Below the pieces are notes generated by a model. That model was not told the origin of the DNA. It ran no database searches and was given only the letters and a program-made list of their open reading frames with translations. A stretch of DNA of 12,848 nucleotides from Chroococcales cyanobacterium. GTDB lineage: Bacteria; Cyanobacteriota; Cyanobacteriia; Cyanobacteriales; Coleofasciculaceae. Below are positions 8,601 through 12,848 of this stretch, one piece after another. Position numbers and translations under genes: made by a program. The first letter of the stretch is position 1. Every line of letters begins with the position of its first letter. The stretch covers positions 1-12,848 of the forward strand of contig DATNPT010000463.1 in NCBI GenBank assembly GCA_036703075.1, given 5' to 3'.

Positions 8601-9257
8601 TGCACCGTCCGACTATGGGATGTGCGAACTCATCATTGTTTGCAGGTGTTACAGGGGCATGAGAGCGGTATTCACGCGATCGCATTTGCCCCCAGTGGTA
8701 AAGGGTTGGCAAGTGGCAGTTTTGATCGCACCATTCGGTTATGGGATGTGCAAACTGGAGCATGTCTGAAGATATTGCAGGGACATATAGGTACAGTTTT
8801 CACACTCTCATTTGAGCGCAGTGGTCAGATCTTAGCAAGCGGCAGTTATGACCAAACCATTCGGTTATGGAATGTGCAAACTGGAGCATGTCTGAAGATA
8901 TTGCAGGGACATACGGGAATTGTGTGGACGCTTGCTATCAGTTCCAATGGTCAGATCTTAGCAAGCGGCAGTGATGACCAAACCATTCGCCTATGGGATC
9001 TGCAAACCGGGCAGTGCCTGCACATCTTGAGCGAACACACGAGTTGGGTCAGATCCGTCATCTTTAGCGGTGATAGCCAACTCTTATTCAGTAGCAGTGA
9101 CGATCACACCATTAAGCTATGGGACGCGCAGACAGGACGCTGCATCAACACGTTGACAGTTGATCGGCTTTATGAACGCATGAATATTCAAGGTGCAACC
9201 GGGCTGACAATGGGTCAGAGAGACATTCTGAGAACATTAGGGGCAATTGAGCATTAA
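5637..9257 (+). CDS. STAND NTPase: N-terminal HTH, NB-ARC (AP-ATPase) domain, pentapeptide repeats, 14 WD40 repeats (Apaf-1-like architecture)
   Basis: HTH-like segment [41 protein letters not shown] (approx nt 5694-5906). NB-ARC signatures: FYGREAEL (hhGRExE), P-loop GIGGIGKST (nt 6075-6101), Walker B LLILDNAE (D at 6318), LLLTTR (TTR/RNBS-B-like) and GGNPLAL (GLPL-like). About 7 pentapeptide units [35 protein letters not shown] (nt 7227-7346). Then 14 units of the type GH...V.SV.FSPDGq.LASGS.D.TiRLWd, enough for two 7-bladed propellers. The tail [25 protein letters not shown] is common in cyanobacterial WD40 proteins. Confidence 0.95.
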   Translation: MDSNPSKSGRRRSASGRVRGVILSPQGWQKFQTAKQRAESDEIWGKHFTQEDLSDRTGLSLNTLSRLFKREQGVDRQTVEYLFRAFGLELTQADLTSSEASEIHRINLQQDWDIAVDASVFYGREAELANLWQWVVSEHCRVVGVLGIGGIGKSTIAVKAALQMQAEFEIVVWRSLANAPPLDELLSSLLKFLMPLFGEDPIIPTTLDQQLSKLMQYLRSRRCLLILDNAEIILQHEQAGQWRSGYEGYGQLLRAIGETSHLSCLLLTTREKPRELALMEGVQVLVKSLLLPGLSPDDGRAIFRQKGAFTGSEAEWQTLIHHYGGNPLALKLVAAATHDLFDGSIPEVLAYLAQGIYVFEDIRDLLNRQFERLSEAEQKILSWFAILREPVTFAEIREHVVDLATQQQVPNLINSLLRRSLIEKTDGLFFLQPVVMEYVTERFVQQICIEFETQQLNILQTHTLLQVQAKDYIREIQTRLIMQHVMEQLLSRFGSVAAIEAQARHLLRQQGKKPGYVTGNLINLLVQLQVDLRGSDFSELVVQQADLRQVDLAGVNFQNVTFAKSIFSETIGMAMSIDFSPDGQTIAVGDSSGNIYLWNITTTQLLATFAGHAGWVWSVAFSPDGRMLASGATDSSMRVWNVQTGRCLQVFTEHTACVRSVRFSPDGQWLASGSEDRTVRVWNLQGECLHLFKGHTQSVYSVHFAPDQQTLVSSSNDTDLRIWNVHDGNCLSVLQGHTSGVHCVRYSPDGQLLASGCHDGSIRLWSGHRSNQQPSKPSFTNSSTRLLHKHIDWIWDIAFSPDGCFLASASRDGTLRVWSVQDGQSIHRLDDHTRDVFALAISADSQLLVSAGQDHTVRLWSLPSGRSLKTLRGYTSGIHSLSLSPDNQMLASSKQDETIQLWHLQLDGTLSSLRPYKTLSNLTRGISSLTNLSFSPDGQTLAINQHDGSIAVWQIQTGQFERWSAHNMPVWAVQFSPGGQILASSSYDCTVRLWDVRTHHCLQVLQGHESGIHAIAFAPSGKGLASGSFDRTIRLWDVQTGACLKILQGHIGTVFTLSFERSGQILASGSYDQTIRLWNVQTGACLKILQGHTGIVWTLAISSNGQILASGSDDQTIRLWDLQTGQCLHILSEHTSWVRSVIFSGDSQLLFSSSDDHTIKLWDAQTGRCINTLTVDRLYERMNIQGATGLTMGQRDILRTLGAIEH
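8704..9081 (+). repeat. Three tandem 126-bp units (WD40 repeats 11-13) with near-identical DNA scaffold segments
   Basis: 8730-8787 versus 8856-8913 shows 1 mismatch in 58 nt. 8823-8863 versus 8949-8989 shows 1 mismatch in 41 nt. The intervening ~35-nt patches (8788-8822 versus 8914-8948) are strongly divergent. Confidence 0.85.
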
Positions 9258-9519
9258 TGCGTTCGCCTTACGGGCACTCCGTGCCATCACACCCTCCGAT
9301 TCAGCGCATTCTCTTTTTCTCGGTCGTGTCTAACAGCTGACTAAAGGCGAGATTGAGCGATCGCACTCCTTCCTCATTCAAAAATTGCTCAATTGGCAAG
9401 TGCCTGACCGATGGGCTGTACTCGCCTGCTTGCCCGGTTCCCGCCGCTGGGTATATAAGCATACTTAGGGGAAAAGTGAGGTACGACAGAAAATAGAAGA
9501 TACCTTGTTGTTACAAGCA

Positions 9520-9553
9520 AACATTCCGTAAAACGTTCTTTTTACGGAATGTT
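9520..9553 (-). terminator. Perfect 14-bp-stem hairpin in the convergent intergenic region; possible terminator for the 895-aa ORF
   Basis: AACATTCCGTAAAA (9520-9533) pairs perfectly with TTTTACGGAATGTT (9540-9553), with loop CGTTCT. It lies 80 nt downstream of the minus-strand stop at 9633. The stem is AT-rich and there is no classical U-tract (minus-strand tail TGCTTGT), so the call is tentative. Confidence 0.35.
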
Positions 9554-9632
9554 AAGAATTTGGGGTGAACAGTTGAATTATGCTGATACCAACCTTGATG
9601 AGCTATCGATATCAGCTATGATTCAAGACACC

Positions 9633-12320
9633 TCAAATGGAGGCAGGGTTACCGGATTGGTTTGTTAGGCCTGTCTCATTCAAAACCCGATCCATGTATT
9701 GCATATTGAAGGCGATCGCAGGCTCAATCCGTCTCACGCTAGCCAGCATGTCATACTTTTCATCGTGTATTTTCCGTGAATGCTCCAACGCACAGGCAGC
9801 AGCGTCTTTGACCTCTTGGCTGGCGTTGTGAGCGCTAAGACTCGTGCTGTACATAATGCGAAGGTGTTGGGGCGGAACGCAAACGCCGAATTCCCGATTA
9901 AACATATTCTTAATCCGCGATCGCCAGGTGTCGCAATCGGCAGGTTTATTGGTGTTGCGCTTAACGAAGAAATTATTGTGCCAAGTCGCGCCTAATACGG
10001 GTCTGCCCCAGTCTAACCAGCGTCGGATGTATTGATAAAGTCGGCTCCCATCCGGAAATTCGTAATCGGGAATCAGCGCCCACCAACCAAATTCCCACTC
10101 CCCAGCGATTGTTTTGCCGATTTTTGAGTCATCAACCATATGGTGGATATAGAAGCCAATTCGGTCTTCGTAGTTTTTCAAAATCCCTTCTTTTTCCAAC
10201 TGTTCTTTACTGCGAAATTGCCCTTCCACGAAACATCCCTCCTTAAAGGTTTCGCCAATTCGCAAGTCGTAGTACGTTCTAGAGCGGCTGGGGAACGCGA
10301 TAACGGGCAAGGCAATCGACAGGAAATTTTGCAATTCTTTAGCGAGACCTGTCTCTCTTCTAGATTTGGCGGTGTAGCCCTTTTTGTGCTGACTAGATTG
10401 GTTGTATAAGATGTACCGATCGCACCGCTTTTTCTGAATCATAACAAGCCTTACCGCGTACCCCCAAGGCAGTATATTCTCATGATTAAGACGAACGGTT
10501 CTAGGTGTCGTCTTATTTTGCGCGCCAAGTTCCGCCTGTTTGTTGAGGAGCCGCCAAAGGATAGGAATCGAATTAGGCGTCGGAAAATCTTCGGTTCCGA
10601 TTTCTTCGCGATACAAAAATTTGGCTATAGCAATTATCAGAGCAATTCGCTTTTGTTTAGAGCCGGGGTGGTTTTCTTTCAGGAACTTTAGATATCTCTC
10701 CACCCTTTTCATGTCTTGATTAGCGCGAAACTGGGCGCGTGTTTTTAACAAAACCTTGAGCGAGGCCAGCTTGTTTATCTGCTCGTCATACTGGTCTAAG
10801 TCAGATTCTTCATCAATGTTATCGATGTCAATCTCTAATTCAGGAATTAGTTTGGACTTAGTTATCAGTAGTTCAAGTGCCAATTCTTCGAGTGAAATTC
10901 CTTCATACCTGTGCAGCCACCCAAGAAGCTGCATCAACTGTTCCTCCGTACCGTCTATAGTTCCCTTCACTGCACCTTCGGACTGCCACCATTCCCAAAA
11001 ATTGCGGATCTGGCTATCCAAGGCTTCGTTGATATAATCATCGGGAAATTGTTTAGCGCACAACTGATGTACGGCAACTCTTCTTTCGTGCATTTCTGCA
11101 CCCGGTGTGTGCCTTTTTTTTGTCCGATGTTCCCCGACTTTGCGAATAAGATTAAATTGAATTTCCTCGGTTGAGAAGGCAACAAGTTCAAAGTATCTTT
11201 GGCTCTCTGCCCACTCTAGCCATCCCTTAAGCTCGGTTCTAATTTTGCGGTCAATATCTGCCTCAGTACAGCCATCTTTAAGTTGTTCGGCCGGAATTTT
11301 TTCCAGGTAAGCGATTCCCGCTTTAATTTCATCGGGCGAGGTTCTGGTGCTTTTAGGAGAGGGACCTCCCATAGCTGGTACTAAATAGCGAACGACCGCA
11401 CTCTGAATCTTTCCTACCCCATTGGGCTTGTCAATCGCCTTTAGATGGTCGCAGTACGCCTCATAAATCTGGAGAGACGTGTATGAGCATTTGACCAACT
11501 CATCTTTTCTATCTTGAACACCATCGGCAGCGTCAAGCCAGGGAGGTGCTGGAATTGAATCGGGGATTAGAGGAAGATACCTTTGCTTGCGGCACCAATC
11601 GAGAAAATCTTTCAGTGCGCTTCGCAAACGTGTCCTTTGAGTCAGCGATACCCCGAGCGCTTTCATGGCGACAGTAGCCAACTCCACCGCTTTGTCCAGG
11701 TGTGCCATCGAAACCGTTTCAAGGCACTGGTGAGCTGCATCCATCTCGACACCAGTAAACTGAAGGTGCGTGACCAGCGGACCACCTACTGCTGGAACGA
11801 AATACCTAGCTAACACATTTGTGATGTTATTTTGTTGTTCTCGTCTACCTTCCAAGTGTTTGTGGTACTCAAGGTAGGCGTGTAGTGGAGTGGTAGGCTC
11901 TAAATCGTACTCGCCCAGGTTCCTCAGTGGGATTTTGGCGCATGTTTCCTGGGGGATTGGATTATGGGGAGGAGGAAGGTATTCCTCATTAAGTCCCCAG
12001 TCCACGAACTGATGCAGGGCACGTCTTATCCGTTCGCGTTGAGCATCTGAGACTTTTAGCTCGGATAGTGTTTTGGTTGCGTGTTCGTGGCAAGAAGCCA
12101 GTTGAGCGAGCGATACCTCGCTATTTAGATAATTAAGTGCTGCTTCAATCTCAATTTGAGATAACGGTCTGTACTTTTCAGCATTAGGAATAGGACCCCC
12201 TAAAGAGGGGATGAAGTATTTAATTATCCCACTCCTAAAGTTGTTCATAGCTTCCCGGTCATCTTGTAAGGTTTCCAGGTATCTTGTATAAATTTCATTA
12301 GCCGTTAATTTAGTCTCCAA
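9633..12320 (-). CDS. Giant (895 aa) atypical tyrosine recombinase-like protein: triplicated N-terminal helical module, SAM-like core-binding region, C-terminal catalytic domain
   Basis: The 2.7-kb ORF starts at TTG, with AAGGAG (12330-12335, minus) 9 nt upstream. C-terminal pattern in canonical order: IAFPSRSRTYYDL (R679/R681), DSKIGKTIAGEWEF (K733/K736), PPQHLRIMYSTSL (R821, codon 9858-9860), LEHSRKIHDEKYD (H847 at 9780-9782, Y856 at 9753-9755, H-to-Y spacing 9). aa 6-378 form three tandem related modules, each with (K/R)Y(F/L)(I/V)P(S/A)xGGP. That it is a gene is near certain. The family assignment rests on motifs read by eye only. Confidence 0.8.
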   Translation of the reverse strand: METKLTANEIYTRYLETLQDDREAMNNFRSGIIKYFIPSLGGPIPNAEKYRPLSQIEIEAALNYLNSEVSLAQLASCHEHATKTLSELKVSDAQRERIRRALHQFVDWGLNEEYLPPPHNPIPQETCAKIPLRNLGEYDLEPTTPLHAYLEYHKHLEGRREQQNNITNVLARYFVPAVGGPLVTHLQFTGVEMDAAHQCLETVSMAHLDKAVELATVAMKALGVSLTQRTRLRSALKDFLDWCRKQRYLPLIPDSIPAPPWLDAADGVQDRKDELVKCSYTSLQIYEAYCDHLKAIDKPNGVGKIQSAVVRYLVPAMGGPSPKSTRTSPDEIKAGIAYLEKIPAEQLKDGCTEADIDRKIRTELKGWLEWAESQRYFELVAFSTEEIQFNLIRKVGEHRTKKRHTPGAEMHERRVAVHQLCAKQFPDDYINEALDSQIRNFWEWWQSEGAVKGTIDGTEEQLMQLLGWLHRYEGISLEELALELLITKSKLIPELEIDIDNIDEESDLDQYDEQINKLASLKVLLKTRAQFRANQDMKRVERYLKFLKENHPGSKQKRIALIIAIAKFLYREEIGTEDFPTPNSIPILWRLLNKQAELGAQNKTTPRTVRLNHENILPWGYAVRLVMIQKKRCDRYILYNQSSQHKKGYTAKSRRETGLAKELQNFLSIALPVIAFPSRSRTYYDLRIGETFKEGCFVEGQFRSKEQLEKEGILKNYEDRIGFYIHHMVDDSKIGKTIAGEWEFGWWALIPDYEFPDGSRLYQYIRRWLDWGRPVLGATWHNNFFVKRNTNKPADCDTWRSRIKNMFNREFGVCVPPQHLRIMYSTSLSAHNASQEVKDAAACALEHSRKIHDEKYDMLASVRRIEPAIAFNMQYMDRVLNETGLTNQSGNPASI

Positions 12321-12329
12321 AATTAGAAT

Positions 12330-12335
12330 CTCCTT
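12330..12335 (-). promoter_or_regulatory. Shine-Dalgarno sequence AAGGAG for the 895-aa ORF
   Basis: The minus strand reads AAGGAG-ATTCTAATT-TTG, giving a 9-nt spacer to the TTG at 12320-12318. The next in-frame ATG is codon 25 and has no comparable SD. Confidence 0.6.
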
Positions 12336-12350
12336 GTTATTATTTACTGA

Positions 12351-12668
12351 GTTTCTAATTGTCGTATAAGCTATAGATAAATTGCCAACAAAAAAGAACT
12401 ATACGTATAGTTCAAAATTTGAATATTTGGTTTTAATTTTATTTAATTATACGACAAAAATGTTTCTAATTTACAGACTATTTTGATGATGTTGAGTTAG
12501 TAGCACAACAATCCAACATTTTGGGATGAGGGACAAAGGTCAGAACTCTTGTCTAATAAGGGTTTTAGCTTTTAAACCATCTCTTATCTCAAGGAAATGT
12601 CGTATAAGAATGTCGTATAGTTATACGACACCTTATACGACTCATCTCCTTCGTCGTATACGTATAGT
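12351..12668. repeat. Array of GTCGTATA(A/G) motifs in both orientations; candidate recombinase or regulator binding sites
   Basis: Exact GTCGTATA occurs at 12361, 12599, 12612 and 12653. Exact TATACGAC occurs at 12448-12455, 12622-12629 and 12634-12641. The 10-mer GTCGTATAAG is identical at 12361-12370, 12599-12608 and, in reverse, 12632-12641. GTCGTATA-GT-TATACGAC forms an 8+8 inverted pair at 12612-12629. The related CGTATAG/CTATACG half-sites occur in the palindrome at 12396-12413 and at 12661-12667. The motif was not seen elsewhere in the window. Confidence 0.85.
12396..12413. repeat. Perfect 18-bp palindrome GAACTATACGTATAGTTC
   Basis: The sequence is exactly self-complementary. It lies 76-93 nt upstream of the start codon of the 895-aa ORF. 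Its inner 12 bp, TATACGTATAGT (12400-12411), recurs at 12657-12668. Confidence 0.95.
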
Positions 12669-12848
12669 CTCAATGCTTTTGTATTAGCTTTTCGGTTGTT
12701 TTTTGTTAATAATTAGGGCTTGCTGCGAAAAGCGGAAACCCTGAGCTATCAATAGGTTGAGCGGTATTGAAAGTTGCTCAACTCCAAGGCAATCAGGTAA
12801 AATCCAACAAAACCCTTGCACCTCCACCAGGGAAAATGTACCGGAAAG

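Noticed and set aside
6691-8769. Internal alternative-frame ORFs in the STAND gene (6691-6873, 7831-8055, 8446-8769, 8560-8763)
   Set aside because: They are frame-shifted readings of WD40 and NB-ARC coding DNA. The repetitiveness of the WD40 DNA creates long open alternative frames.
7347-9150. Regular ~126-bp periodic repeats that could superficially suggest a CRISPR or tandem-repeat locus
   Set aside because: The periodicity is the 42-aa WD40 unit inside one continuous ORF. There is no short invariant direct repeat with unique spacers.
9273-9285. Small hairpin GGCAC-TCC-GTGCC just after the STAND gene stop
   Set aside because: It has only a 5-bp stem and no U-tract, which is too weak to call a terminator.
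9637-11813. Plus-strand ORFs antisense to the 895-aa gene (9637-9831, 9780-9995, 9844-10035, 10140-10409, 10482-10691, 10756-11037, 10911-11174, 11583-11813) and minus-strand 10967-11191
   Set aside because: All are nested in the 2.7-kb ORF, which has an SD, internal repeat structure and catalytic-type motifs. The nested ORFs have low-complexity translations.
12687-12733. 8-bp inverted repeat GCTTTTCG ... CGAAAAGC with a 31-nt loop, and a 7-bp stem GTTGAGC/GCTCAAC at 12756-12782
   Set aside because: The stems are short with large loops in AT-rich DNA, and there is no terminator-like tail or tRNA-like fold. They could arise by chance.
12321-12848. Checked the ORF-free 528 bp for a tRNA, small RNA gene or an attachment site within a tRNA
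   Set aside because: I could not trace a cloverleaf-compatible sequence or conserved tRNA boxes by eye. A covariance-model scan (tRNAscan-SE or Infernal) would be needed to exclude structured RNAs.

Overview
The window looks cyanobacterial: it holds 13 perfect HIP1 octamers (GCGATCGC) where about 0.2 would be expected by chance. From left to right there are five blocks. (1) An IS1182-family-like insertion sequence, with an intact transposase at 165-1814 (+), flanked by related ~65-bp end modules. (2) About 570 bp with no convincing gene. (3) Four minus-strand small-molecule enzymes, each with a Shine-Dalgarno site: VOC/glyoxalase 4873-5340, SDR 4006-4812, alpha/beta hydrolase 2873-3715 and cupin 2382-2858. 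(4) A 1206-aa Apaf-1-like STAND NTPase at 5637-9257 (+), built as HTH, NB-ARC, pentapeptide repeats and 14 WD40 repeats. Its distal WD40 repeats show near-identical DNA scaffolds interrupted by divergent patches. (5) A convergent 895-aa ORF at 9633-12320 (-), followed by ~530 bp of AT-rich, ORF-free DNA. I read the 895-aa ORF as a very atypical giant tyrosine recombinase: a C-terminal R..K..R..H..Y catalytic pattern preceded by a triplicated ~100-aa N-terminal module. The AT-rich DNA upstream of it carries seven exact copies of GTCGTATA in both orientations and a perfect 18-bp palindrome. The recombinase plus this site array is the best candidate here for an undescribed site-specific recombination module (invertible switch, resolution or telomere-like site, or end of an integrative element). 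The HTH-NB-ARC-WD40 sensor is second. All functional calls come from motif reading by eye. No database search was possible.
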